A stretch of 64,000 nucleotides of DNA from an uncultured bacterium (GTDB lineage: Bacteria; Planctomycetota; UBA1135; GCA-002686595), in contig CALSNU010000007.1 in assembly GCA_943787795.1 (NCBI GenBank), positions 1,238-65,237 on the forward strand. The letters run 5' to 3'. Below are positions 37,234-46,724 of this stretch, one piece after another. Numbering within the stretch: the stretch's first letter is position 1; every line of letters begins with the position of its first letter. The notes beneath the pieces were generated by a model, which ran no database searches, was not told where the DNA came from, and saw nothing but the letters and a program-made list of their open reading frames with translations. Made by a program: the position numbers and the translations under genes.

Positions 37234-38399
37234 CGAAACCTCCGCCAAGGCGCCGCCTCACAGGCGGCGACGAGCTCCTCGAGGGGGTACGCCGTCCCGC
37301 GCCAGACCACGGTCCTCGTGAGGAGGGCGGTGAGCGTCGATCGCCAGAGGGTGACCAGGAAGAGCGAGAGGCCGAGGGGGAAGACCACTGCGCTCGCCGC
37401 TGGCAGGCCGGACCGCTCAGCCGCCTTCGAGGCGGCTCGAACAAGGAGCAACGCAGCGAGGGCGGCCAAGGCCCTCGCCGTCAGGCTCAGGCCAGGGAGC
37501 CAGGGCAAGATGAACGGAGCGATGAGGAGCAGCCCGATGAAGCCGGTGGCGGCCACGACCGCCGCGAGTCGGAAGTCCACCCCGGCGAAGGCGTTCTTCA
37601 CGAGGCCGCGCATCATCGCAGCGAGGCCTGGGTACCACTCGAGGCTGATCAGGTCTCCGGCGTAGACGAACTCCGATCGGCCACCTCCGGCCTTCATCAT
37701 CCGCCCGAGGCCAAGATCGTCGATGATGCACATGCGGAGCGGCTCATGGCCGCCAGCGCTCAGGTAGGGGCGACGCCTGACCAGGTTCAGCGCGCCGATC
37801 CCGACGGCGGAGCGCGTCCGCGGGAGGGGGACGCGCCACGGCTGGGTGAAGAGGCCGAAGAGGACACCGAAGGCGGCGATCATCCCGGCGAGGGCGAAGG
37901 ACGCGGTGCGAATGGTCGGTCCGCCGGTCAGGTGATCCAGCTCGTTGGCCTCTGCAAATCGAACCACGGCCTCGACGGCGCCCTTCTCGAAGACGACGTC
38001 GGCATCCGTGAACAGGAGCCAGTCGGAGGCGCTCGCCGCCTCGGAGCCCCTGGCGAGCGCGTGGCTCTTGCCCAGCCATCCGGGCGGGAGGGTGTCCACG
38101 CGCACGCGCTGGAGCTGGTGGTGCTCGGCCTGGAGTCCGGCCAGGATCTCGGAGGTGCCGTCCGTGGACCGGTCGTCGACAACGATGACCTGCGTCGCGG
38201 GCCCCACCCGGCCCAGGAGGGAGCGCAGCGCCGGCTCGATCGTCTCCGCCTCGTCCCGCGCCGCGATCACGACGGCGACCGAAGGCGCGTCCAGGTCCTG
38301 GGGGTCGGGGTGGAGGCGCCGCACCTTGGCCATGCCGGGCGCCACCAACAGGGTCCCGAGGAGCGCAACTAGCGCGAGGATGGCGGCGAAGAGCGTCAT
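37230..38399 (-). CDS. Membrane glycosyltransferase family 2 (CrtQ/HpnB-like)
   Basis: IAARDE, VDDRSTDGT, PPGWLGKSHA, LFTDAD, IIDDLGLG; TMs at both ends. Confidence 0.88.
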   Translation of the reverse strand: MTLFAAILALVALLGTLLVAPGMAKVRRLHPDPQDLDAPSVAVVIAARDEAETIEPALRSLLGRVGPATQVIVVDDRSTDGTSEILAGLQAEHHQLQRVRVDTLPPGWLGKSHALARGSEAASASDWLLFTDADVVFEKGAVEAVVRFAEANELDHLTGGPTIRTASFALAGMIAAFGVLFGLFTQPWRVPLPRTRSAVGIGALNLVRRRPYLSAGGHEPLRMCIIDDLGLGRMMKAGGGRSEFVYAGDLISLEWYPGLAAMMRGLVKNAFAGVDFRLAAVVAATGFIGLLLIAPFILPWLPGLSLTARALAALAALLLVRAASKAAERSGLPAASAVVFPLGLSLFLVTLWRSTLTALLTRTVVWRGTAYPLEELVAACEAAPWRRFR

Positions 38400-38511
38400 G
38401 GGTGGGGGATCGTCCCGTGTACCGGACGCGCCGGGCTTCACCGGCGGGGCCCCGGTGCTAACCTCTTCGGCCCTCCAGCGCACCCAGTTCCTCCTCCGCC
38501 GTAGCGAATCC

Positions 38512-41164
38512 ATGACTGTCTCGACCCCCCACGACACGGACGCCCCCCAGCCGAAGTTCCGCAAGGACTACCTCCCGCCGAACTTCCAGGTCGACTCCGT
38601 GGCCCTCGAGTTCGACCTCGAGGAGGAGCAGACGATCGTCCGGGCCAAGATCGCCATGGCCCGGAGCGGAGCTGCTGGCGCCCCCCTGGTGCTCAATGGT
38701 GAGGAGCTCGAGACGCTCTCGGTGGCCATTGACGGGGTGAACCGCTCCTCCGACGGGTACGCGATCGACGGCGAGGAATTGACCATTCCGGACGTGCCGG
38801 ACCGCTTCACCCTCGAGACCACCGTCCGTATCCACCCGGAGAAGAACACGAGCCTGATGGGGCTCTACAAGTCGAGCGGCAACTTCTGCACCCAGTGCGA
38901 GTCCGAGGGCTTCCGGCGGATCACCTGGTTCCTCGACCGCCCGGACGTGATGGCGACCTATCAGGTCACGCTCACCGCCGACCGCGCCAAGTACCCGGTG
39001 CTGCTCTCCAACGGCAACCGCATCTCGCAGGAGGACCTCGGCGACGGCAGGCACCGCGTCATCTGGGAGGACCCGTTCAAGAAGCCGAGCTACCTCTTCG
39101 CGGTCGTCGCGGGCGACCTCCACTGCCACAGAGGGGACTTCAAGACCATGTCCGGGCGGTCCATCGAGCTCGAGGTCTACGTCGAGCCGCGTGACGCGGA
39201 CAAGTGTGAGCACGCGCTCGGGTCGCTCCAGCGCTCCATGAAGTGGGATGAGGAGCAGTTCGGTCTCGAGTACGACCTCGACCTGTACATGATCGTCGCG
39301 GTCAGCGACTTCAACATGGGCGCCATGGAGAACAAGGGGCTGAACGTCTTCAACTCCAAGTACGTGCTGGCGCGCGTGGATACGGCCACCGACGACGACT
39401 TCGAGGCGGTCGAGGCGGTCATCGCCCACGAGTACTTCCACAACTGGACCGGGAACCGTGTCACGTGCAGGGACTGGTTCCAGCTGACCCTGAAGGAGGG
39501 CCTGACCGTCTACCGCGACGCGCGCTTCACGGCGGACATGACCTCGGCGGCGGTCAAGCGCATCGACGACGTGGCGGGGCTCCGGTCCCACCAGTTCGCC
39601 GAGGACGCGGGCCCGATGGCGCACCCCATCCGGCCCGAGCAGTACATCGAGATGAACAACTTCTACACCTCGACCGTCTACGAGAAGGGCGCCGAGGTGA
39701 TCCGGATGTACGAGACGCTGCTCGGGAGGGACGGGTTCCGCAAGGGAATGGACCTCTACTTCGAGCGTCACGACGGGCAGGCCGTGACCTGCGATGACTT
39801 TCGGGCGGCCATGTCGGAGTCCAGTGGGAAGGACCTCAGCCAGTTCGAGCGCTGGTACCTGCAGAAGGGCACGCCCGGCCTGCGGGCTCGCGGCTGCTAC
39901 GACCCGGAGGCGTCGACCTACACCCTTGAGTTGACCCAGTCAGCGCCGGAGAACGAGCCGGCGTTCCAGCCGACGCTCATGCCTGTCGTGACAGGGCTCC
40001 TGGGCTCGGATGGCCAGGCTGTTCCGATGGCCTTCGAAGGAGAAGACCCGGCCGGAGCGCCCAGGGAGCGTGTCCTGGAGCTCACGGATGAGACCCAGAC
40101 CTGGACCTTCCACGGGGTGACCGCGCCGCCTGTGCCGTCGGTCCTCCGCGGCTTCTCTGCGCCGGTCCGCCTCGAGACCGAGCGGACCCATGCGGAGCTC
40201 GCGTTCTTGTACGCCCACGATTCTGACTCGTTCAACCGCTGGGACGCGGGCCAGACGCTGTTCACCGAGGTCATCCTCGAGCTCGCGGAGCGAGCTGGAC
40301 GCCGTGAGGAGCTCGTGATGGACCGCGCCGTGGTGGACGCCGTGCGCAACGTCCTCCATGACGCCTCACTGGACGGTTCCCTGAAGGCCCAGGCCATCTC
40401 GGTGCCCGGCTTCAGTGTCCTCTCGCAGGCGAAGAGTCCCCGTGCACCCTGCCGCGTTGATCGAGGCCCGGGACTTCGTGGTGCGATCCCTCGCCGGTGA
40501 GCTGCGGAGCGAACTCATCGCTACGCGACAGACCGCGCGCCCCACGGGCTCCTACCAGGCCGACAGGGCCTCGATCTCGGGTCGACGGTTGGCGAACGCG
40601 GCGCTCGGCCTGCTCAACGCGGCCGACGACGTCGAGGCACGGGCCATGGCCGCTGATCAGTTCAGCGCAGCCGACAACATGACGGACTCTCAGTCTGCGC
40701 TCGCCTGCCTGTGCCAACACGCTTGCGACGAGCGCGATGCCGCGCTCGCCTCGTTCCACGAGCGCTGGAGCGACGACGCCCTGGTGTTGGACAAGTGGTT
40801 CGCGCTGCAGGCCTCGTCACGCCTCACCGGCGCCGAGACCGTGCGTGCGCTGAGCGGACACGAGGACTTCAACCTCGCGAACCCGAACCGGGTGCGTTCG
40901 CTCATCGGCGTCTTCGCCATGCAGAACTTCCGCGGCTTCCACGCTGCGGACGGCTCTGGCTACGAGGTCCTGGCGGATACGGTGATTGACCTCGACCCGA
41001 AGAACCCGCAGGTCGCGTCACGGCTCGTTCGAGCCCTGAATCCCTGGCGCAGGTTCGAGGCTCCCTGGAGCGGCATGATGAAGGCCCAGCTCGAGCGCAT
41101 CGCGGGCCAGGAGGGCCTGTCCAAGGACGTCTTCGAGATCGTCAACAGCGCCCTTCAGGGCTGA
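38512..41164 (+). CDS. pepN: Aminopeptidase N, split by a frameshift at about 40438-40441
   Basis: GAMENKG, HEYFHNW..KEG zinc motif; the C-terminal domain (LDKWFALQA, NPNRVRSL, NPQVASRL) is in another frame, and removing one C from CCCC fuses the two frames. Confidence 0.92.
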
Positions 41165-41205
41165 CTCTGGGGGCTCGAGAGCCGGGGAACCCGGTGGCTT
41201 GGGAG

Positions 41206-41312
41206 CCAGAGACCCAGAGATCCAGAGATCCAGCGATCCAGCGAGCCAGAGATCCAGCGAGCAGAGAGCCAGTGAGCCGGGGGCCAGGGGCCAGGGGCCA
41301 GGGGCCAGGGGC
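41206..41312. repeat. Compound microsatellite: CCAGMGAK-like 8-mer x~9 followed by CCAGGGG x4-5
   Basis: Read directly between convergent pepN and fliN. Confidence 0.88.
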
Positions 41313-41326
41313 ACCCCCGTGCTCGC

Positions 41327-41695
41327 CTACAGCTCCTGCGAGATCGAGGTCACACGGACGCCGTAGCTGTTGTCGATGGTGACGACCTCGCCCCGGGCGA
41401 CCACCTTGCCGTTCACGAGGACGTCGGCAGGCTCGTGGGCCTCCCTGTCCAGCGGGACGAGGCTGCCCGGGCTGAGTTGAACGAGCTCTCCGAGCGTCAG
41501 GTTCGCCCGGCCGATTCGGACCGTCACGCGGACGGGGACCTCCATGAGGGCATCCATCCCGATCGGCTCACCGTTGGCGTCGGTGCCCCCGGCCAGCTCG
41601 CCGATCTCGGCGGCCTGGACGGCGACCGATTCGGTCGCCCGATCGATGGCGTCTTCGAGGTTTGCCTGGTCTTGATTGGTGGTTTCTTCGCTCAT
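41327..41695 (-). CDS. fliN: Flagellar motor switch protein FliN
   Basis: LMEVPVRVTVRIG..VNGKVVARGEVVTIDNSYGVRV (SpoA domain). Confidence 0.94.
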   Translation of the reverse strand: MSEETTNQDQANLEDAIDRATESVAVQAAEIGELAGGTDANGEPIGMDALMEVPVRVTVRIGRANLTLGELVQLSPGSLVPLDREAHEPADVLVNGKVVARGEVVTIDNSYGVRVTSISQEL

Positions 41696-41703
41696 GGGAA
41701 CAG

Positions 41704-42681
41704 TCAGTCGGTGGGCAGGATGGCCGGCAGGACGGAGCCGACGTGGTCAAGCTTGATGGCGAGGAGGCCCTCGTGGGCGCCGAAGTGCCCCTCGGCGCAG
41801 GTGGTCTCTTCCACCTCGAGAGCGACCAGGTCGCCGATCCGCGCGTCGAGCGGAATGACGTCACCGACCTCCACCCCGAGGAGTTCGGCGAGGGGGACGA
41901 ACGTGCCGCCGAGGACGGCGTCGACCCTCATCTGGACGGGGGCGAGGTGGGTGGGCACGGCGGCAGAGCGGGACTGCTCCTCCCCGGACTCGTCTCCGGG
42001 GATGCCGGGGATGTAGATCCGGATGTCCGAGGTCGCGCCCGCTGCGTCCTCGAATCCCAGATGGATGAAGAGTCGACGGGTGTCGGCGTCGGGGCCGAGG
42101 TCCTCGAGGGTGGTCAGCTCCTCCGGTTCCTGCCAGATCGTCCCAGGCTCGAGGACGAGGCCGAACTCGTCGAGGATCATGCCCACGACTTGATCGAGCA
42201 TGCGGGCGATGACGCGGCGTTCGGTCCGGCTGAGGATCGGGTCAGGGGGCGGCGCCTCCTTCTCTGCGACGTCTTCACCCTCCTCCTGCTCGACCGGCTC
42301 CTCTTCCGGGCCAGAGAGGATCAGGTCGGTCGCCTGGCGAGCTGCATCCGCTTGCCACATGACCCATCCGAGCTGATCGCCAGAGCGAAAACCGTGGACG
42401 AGGAAGGGGCTGCCCAGACCGTCGAACAGGCTCTGGGCGTTGACCTCGCTGACCTCGCCGATCGTGAGGATCGGGTGCCCGCGGAGCGGGCCGGCGAGCA
42501 TGTTTGCCATCACCTGGAGACGCGCTGACAACGTCTTGTGGATCCTGTCGATCCGATCCGCTGACAGCGTTCGTGGCTCGGTGAAGTCACGGGGAACCAC
42601 CGCGGAGACACGGGAGGCATCGCCCCCTGCCTCCGCGCTCATGGTCGCCGCCAACGCGGCTGCTTCTTCTGGTTCCACCAT
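41704..42681 (-). CDS. fliM: Flagellar motor switch protein FliM (divergent)
   Basis: RDFTEPRTLS, LSRTERRV, C-terminal SpoA domain; lies between fliL and fliN. Confidence 0.82.
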   Translation of the reverse strand: MVEPEEAAALAATMSAEAGGDASRVSAVVPRDFTEPRTLSADRIDRIHKTLSARLQVMANMLAGPLRGHPILTIGEVSEVNAQSLFDGLGSPFLVHGFRSGDQLGWVMWQADAARQATDLILSGPEEEPVEQEEGEDVAEKEAPPPDPILSRTERRVIARMLDQVVGMILDEFGLVLEPGTIWQEPEELTTLEDLGPDADTRRLFIHLGFEDAAGATSDIRIYIPGIPGDESGEEQSRSAAVPTHLAPVQMRVDAVLGGTFVPLAELLGVEVGDVIPLDARIGDLVALEVEETTCAEGHFGAHEGLLAIKLDHVGSVLPAILPTD

Positions 42682-42716
42682 CTTTCTTCCCTACCGGAGG
42701 TCGTCCTTCGTCGCGC

Positions 42717-43511
42717 TCACTGGGCGAGGATGTTGCCTGTGAACAGGCGCCGGATCCGTCCCTTGACACCAATCTGGATGGGGCCGAGGAAGTCCCGTCC
42801 CACGCCGGTCACGTCGACGAAGATCACCTTCCCGTTGCGATCCTCGACCATCAGGTTGGTCTCCGAGCCAATGAACGACTGTACCGGTCCATCGTCGTTG
42901 ATCTGAAGCGTCCCGCGCGCGCCATCGATGTTGATCACGTTCTTGTAGAAGTCCCCACGGAACGTCCCTGACATCTCCTGGTGGTCGCCGGGCATCAGTC
43001 CGCTCATGGTGTCCGCCATGAACGACGAGGCGGCGTCGCCGAAGCAGACAGGGAAGAGGATCGGCTCGGCCACTTGATGGAGCTCCTGGGTCAACTCCGC
43101 GCGCTTCTCGTTGAGGTGCTTGAGCCCGTACTTCATGACGACGGCTGCCATGGCCCCGCGCATCGCGGTGCTGAACCCTCGCTCTGCGCTGCGCTTGCTG
43201 GGGTAGTCCTCGCTATAGGAGAAGACGGTCGAGGTGGGTTCAAAGCGGACATAACGACTGAAGTTGTCGTCGCGAGTGTTCGCCACGAGGTTGGGCTCGT
43301 CGTCCAGAGCGAAGAACTTGAACTCGAACGGACCGACCATGCGAGGTTGTTCCACCTTGGCCGGGATGGCCATCATCGCGAGGGCCGTGCCCGTGGCGGC
43401 GAGGGCGAGGACACCCCCGAGGAGCTTCACCGCATTGCGGTTCTTCTTCGCGGGCTTGGCTTCCTGGTTCGGGTCCTGCTCGGCAGCTTCGTTGTTCTCT
43501 TCTTCAGCCAT
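42717..43511 (-). CDS. fliL: FliL-like protein with an internal insertion
   Basis: N-terminal KK+TM; LVANTRD..RYVRF; C-terminal GRIRRLFTGNILAQ; position between motB and fliM. Confidence 0.62.
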   Translation of the reverse strand: MAEEENNEAAEQDPNQEAKPAKKNRNAVKLLGGVLALAATGTALAMMAIPAKVEQPRMVGPFEFKFFALDDEPNLVANTRDDNFSRYVRFEPTSTVFSYSEDYPSKRSAERGFSTAMRGAMAAVVMKYGLKHLNEKRAELTQELHQVAEPILFPVCFGDAASSFMADTMSGLMPGDHQEMSGTFRGDFYKNVINIDGARGTLQINDDGPVQSFIGSETNLMVEDRNGKVIFVDVTGVGRDFLGPIQIGVKGRIRRLFTGNILAQ

Positions 43512-43552
43512 GGTTGTGGGGCCCTCGCAAGTGCTGGGCTCTTAGAGGGTGG

Positions 43553-44269
43553 TCAGCGTCCGTCCTTGGGACGTGAGATGAGGCGGCCGTCGACGCGCGG
43601 CGTCGACTGGAGGGTCTCGGAGGAGTGATCGGCCCACGTACGTACGCGGACCTTCCGGGGGTCGAAGTCGTGCTCGTTCACGAGATAGGCTTCGACCGCG
43701 CGCCCGCGAGCGAGGGCCAGGGAGCTCCCCGTGGAGAGCCTCCGGTCAGGGTCAAAGCCCTCGAGAACCAGCGTCTGATTCGAGCTCGGGCGAAGGGAGT
43801 CGGCGAGCGCGTCGAGGTAGCGCATGGACGCCTCGCCGAGCTCGTCGGCACCCTGGTGGAAGGTCGCGATGCGGGGCTGACGCACCTCGTCATGGGGGAC
43901 GAGCTTCTCAGCGCTGCTGGCTCGAATGAGCTCCTTCAGCGAGGCGTCCTCATGAGCCGCGCGTCGCGCGGGATCGTCCTCGGGGGGGAGGTTGAAGCGT
44001 CGACGCATCTGCTCGAAGATCGCCTGTTGCTCGTGGCCATCGAGCACGCCGGTGAGGCCCATGGACCTCACGGAGACCACGAAGGAGCCGAGGCCTCGTG
44101 CCATGAGCCCGAAGTTCCTCGACTTCGACATCGCCACGAGCAGGATGAAAAAGCAGAGGATCAGCGTCATCATGTCGCCGAAGGACACGAGGTATGCCGG
44201 GGCACCCTTCCCCTTGACCTTCCGGATGATGATCTTCGGCTTGAGCCGCTGGTCCGCGTCAGAGGTCAT
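43553..44269 (-). CDS. motB: Stator B subunit 2 (MotB-like, degenerate OmpA domain)
   Basis: APAYLVSFGDMMTLILCFFILL TM with the conserved Asp; OmpA motifs eroded. Confidence 0.8.
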   Translation of the reverse strand: MTSDADQRLKPKIIIRKVKGKGAPAYLVSFGDMMTLILCFFILLVAMSKSRNFGLMARGLGSFVVSVRSMGLTGVLDGHEQQAIFEQMRRRFNLPPEDDPARRAAHEDASLKELIRASSAEKLVPHDEVRQPRIATFHQGADELGEASMRYLDALADSLRPSSNQTLVLEGFDPDRRLSTGSSLALARGRAVEAYLVNEHDFDPRKVRVRTWADHSSETLQSTPRVDGRLISRPKDGR

Positions 44270-45045
44270 CGCTGGTTCCTCTCCTTGCGGGCTGAATCGA
44301 TGTCCGTGCTGATCGAGACGAGGCGGAGCTCGACCCTTCGGTTGATCGTACGCTCGCTTGCGCTCCTCGCATTCTCAACCCTGGGTGTGGAGTCGGCGTG
44401 TGCCTCCAGGGCGATCATCCCCTTTGGGTAGTTCCCCTCGATGGCGAGGATGTCGCTCGCGGCTCGGGCTCGTTCGAGTGAGAGGTCATCGGCGCTCGGG
44501 TACTCCCGAGTCGCGATGAAGCGGTCATCGGTATGGCCCTCGACCACCACTTGAACCGGGTAGAGGATGGCCATCTCGGCGATCTCGCGGAGGGCCTTCT
44601 TCAGCGCTGGGGTGGGGACAGCCCCGCCGGGCGCGAAGCACGACTCGGGGCCGAACTGGATCCGCAGCCCGTCCTCCGCCTCCCTGATGTTGACTTCCAG
44701 CTGGTCCTCCTCGAGGACCTGCCCCATCTCCTCCATGTTCTGGCGGAGGTGCTGGACGGGTCGCGTATGCCGGATGCGGGACCCGCGGTGGATATCCATG
44801 GCGAGCATCAGGTCGTCCTGGGGCGCGATCATCGTGTCGTTCGCGCTGCCCTGGAACAGGCCGGAGGTCGAGAGGATGTTCTTCGGGTAGGTGAAGGCGT
44901 CGTAGGGCCGGATCGTCGAGAACGTGTAGAGCAGGATGAAGAAGGTGACGAGCAGCGAGACCATGTCCACGAAGGTGGTGATCCACATCGGCGCGCCATC
45001 GAGGCCGTCCTCGACCTCCTTGATCTTGATCTTCCGCTTGGCCAT
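44266..45045 (-). CDS. motB: Stator B subunit 1 (MotB/PomB)
   Basis: WITTFVDMVSLLVTFFILL; OmpA-like EGHTDD, LSLERA, NRRVEL. Confidence 0.9.
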   Translation of the reverse strand: MAKRKIKIKEVEDGLDGAPMWITTFVDMVSLLVTFFILLYTFSTIRPYDAFTYPKNILSTSGLFQGSANDTMIAPQDDLMLAMDIHRGSRIRHTRPVQHLRQNMEEMGQVLEEDQLEVNIREAEDGLRIQFGPESCFAPGGAVPTPALKKALREIAEMAILYPVQVVVEGHTDDRFIATREYPSADDLSLERARAASDILAIEGNYPKGMIALEAHADSTPRVENARSASERTINRRVELRLVSISTDIDSARKERNQR

Positions 45046-45051
45046 CTCGGA

Positions 45052-45825
45052 TCACCTCTTGGCGTCGACCAGGTCCCGCATCGGAGGTGAGAGGAAGCCC
45101 TTGAGCTTCTCCTTGATGAGCTGAGGCTTCTCGCCCGACTGGATGGCAACCGTGCCCTCGATCATCAGGGCGCGAAGCTGCTGGTTGGTCTTGGCGACCA
45201 TCTCGAGCTTGCCGGCCATGGGCAGGAACACCATGTTCGCTCCCATGGCCCCGTAGAGCGTGGTGAGGAGGGCGGTCGCCATCCCCAGCCCGATCCCGTT
45301 GGGGTCCGAGAGGTCCTGCAGCATCTGCACGAGGCCGACCAGGGTGCCGATCATTCCGAAGGCCGGCGCGAAGGCTCCGAGCTGGTCCATGATCTTCTTC
45401 CCGCTGGAGTGGCGGGCGTCTTCCCACTGGGCCTCGAGCTCCATGATGTCCCGCACGGTCTCGGCGCCGAAGCCGTCAATGACGAGCTGGATGCCCTTGG
45501 AGAAGAAGGGGTCGTCGACCTGCTGCAGCTTGGTCTCGAGCGCCAGCAGGCCTTCCTTCCGCGCGAGGTTGGCGAACTCGACGATGCGGTCGATCTCCTC
45601 GGTCGGCGTCGGTGCCTTGCGGACCGCGGTGACCATGATGATCTTCGCCACGGGCTTCAGGTCCGAGAGCGGGAAGGCCAGCATCGTCACGGCCGTGGTC
45701 CCGCCGAAGACGATGATCATCGACGGGATGTGGATGAAGACGCCGACGCCACCCGGTCCAATCGACATGGCGCCGAGAACGAGGATGAACGCCAGGACGA
45801 CGCCGATGACTGTGTTGAAGTCCAT
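45052..45825 (-). CDS. motA: Stator A subunit (MotA/PomA)
   Basis: ARKEGLLALE, APAFGMIGTLVGLVQML, ALLTTLYG. Confidence 0.95.
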   Translation of the reverse strand: MDFNTVIGVVLAFILVLGAMSIGPGGVGVFIHIPSMIIVFGGTTAVTMLAFPLSDLKPVAKIIMVTAVRKAPTPTEEIDRIVEFANLARKEGLLALETKLQQVDDPFFSKGIQLVIDGFGAETVRDIMELEAQWEDARHSSGKKIMDQLGAFAPAFGMIGTLVGLVQMLQDLSDPNGIGLGMATALLTTLYGAMGANMVFLPMAGKLEMVAKTNQQLRALMIEGTVAIQSGEKPQLIKEKLKGFLSPPMRDLVDAKR

Positions 45826-45859
45826 TGGGGAGACGGGGGAGCGCTCGTGGCGCCCTCTG

Positions 45860-45887
45860 CTATCGACGGGTCAGGGAGATCGCTTGA
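45860..45887 (-). promoter_or_regulatory. sigma28 (FliA)-type promoter TCAA-N16-GTCGATAG upstream of motA
   Basis: Close to the TAAA-N15/16-GCCGATAA consensus, in the largest internal gap of the structural gene block. Confidence 0.65.
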
Positions 45888-45953
45888 TGGAACCGAGGCG
45901 CTGCTTGGAATTTTTTTCGGACCACGGGGGGTCGCGCAGCGCGGTGAGCGAGG

Positions 45954-46724
45954 TCAGCGGGCCGCGGCGGCCGCATTCGCCGCCAGGGCCTGGTTGAACG
46001 CGTCGTAGTACGCCTTGAACTCATCGGGGAGCTGGATCTCGATCTGCTCGAGGAGCTCCGTCTGGCGTGCGGCGTCGAGCTGAACGAGGACCTCGGCAGC
46101 GTCGACCGGGCTCTCCCCCTTCAGGAGCATGCGAACCGCGTCCTCGGCCTTGTTATCCGCGTAGAGCTTGGCCTTGCTGGCGATGAAGGCCTTTCGGTCG
46201 GCCGTCAGCTCGTCCTTCCGGGCGGTGACCTGACCGCTCTTGTTGTCCAGCTCCGCGTCGCGGGCCTCGTTGTTGCTGCTCTGTGACAGGAGCGCCGAGC
46301 GCTGCTGCTCGAGGGCGACCTCGAGGTCTGAGAGGTGACTTCGGGTCCGGTCGATCTCGGCCTCGCGCTGGTTCAGCTCCAGCTCGCGGGCCTCCAGGGC
46401 GTCGAGCTTGGTCGTGAGCTGCTGCTCAAGGTCGTTCAGTTCGGTGACCGAGAAGGGGCTGGGCAGGGAGAACGCGCTCAGGGCGATCCCGGCGTCGGCG
46501 AAGACCTGCCGATTCCCGCGTGAGTCGGCCTCGCGTTCCTCTCGCGGCGTGAGTTCCGCGGGAGCGCTCTCGGTCTCGACCTCGACGTTCCCAGCGAAGA
46601 GAGGCCCGACCCCCTTGAGGTCCTGAACCGGGGTCCCGCTGACGACGATGTAGCCGATGAACGACGCGCCCATGATGGCGGCGCCGGTGATGCCGTACGT
46701 GATGTAGTTGAGGGCGTTCTTCAT
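45954..46724 (-). CDS. MotE/FlbB/YlxF-like protein (TM, coiled coil, MgtE-N-like helices)
   Basis: Follows fliJ; KAKLYADNKAEDAVRML..AAEVLVQLD. Confidence 0.65.
   Translation of the reverse strand: MKNALNYITYGITGAAIMGASFIGYIVVSGTPVQDLKGVGPLFAGNVEVETESAPAELTPREEREADSRGNRQVFADAGIALSAFSLPSPFSVTELNDLEQQLTTKLDALEARELELNQREAEIDRTRSHLSDLEVALEQQRSALLSQSSNNEARDAELDNKSGQVTARKDELTADRKAFIASKAKLYADNKAEDAVRMLLKGESPVDAAEVLVQLDAARQTELLEQIEIQLPDEFKAYYDAFNQALAANAAAAAR

Noticed and set aside
37945-38511. N-terminal extension of the 851-aa pepN ORF
   Set aside because: Mostly antisense to the GT2 gene; PepN similarity starts near ATG 38512
40431-40445. Programmed ribosomal frameshift in pepN
   Set aside because: No canonical slippery heptamer and no precedent I know of; an indel is simpler
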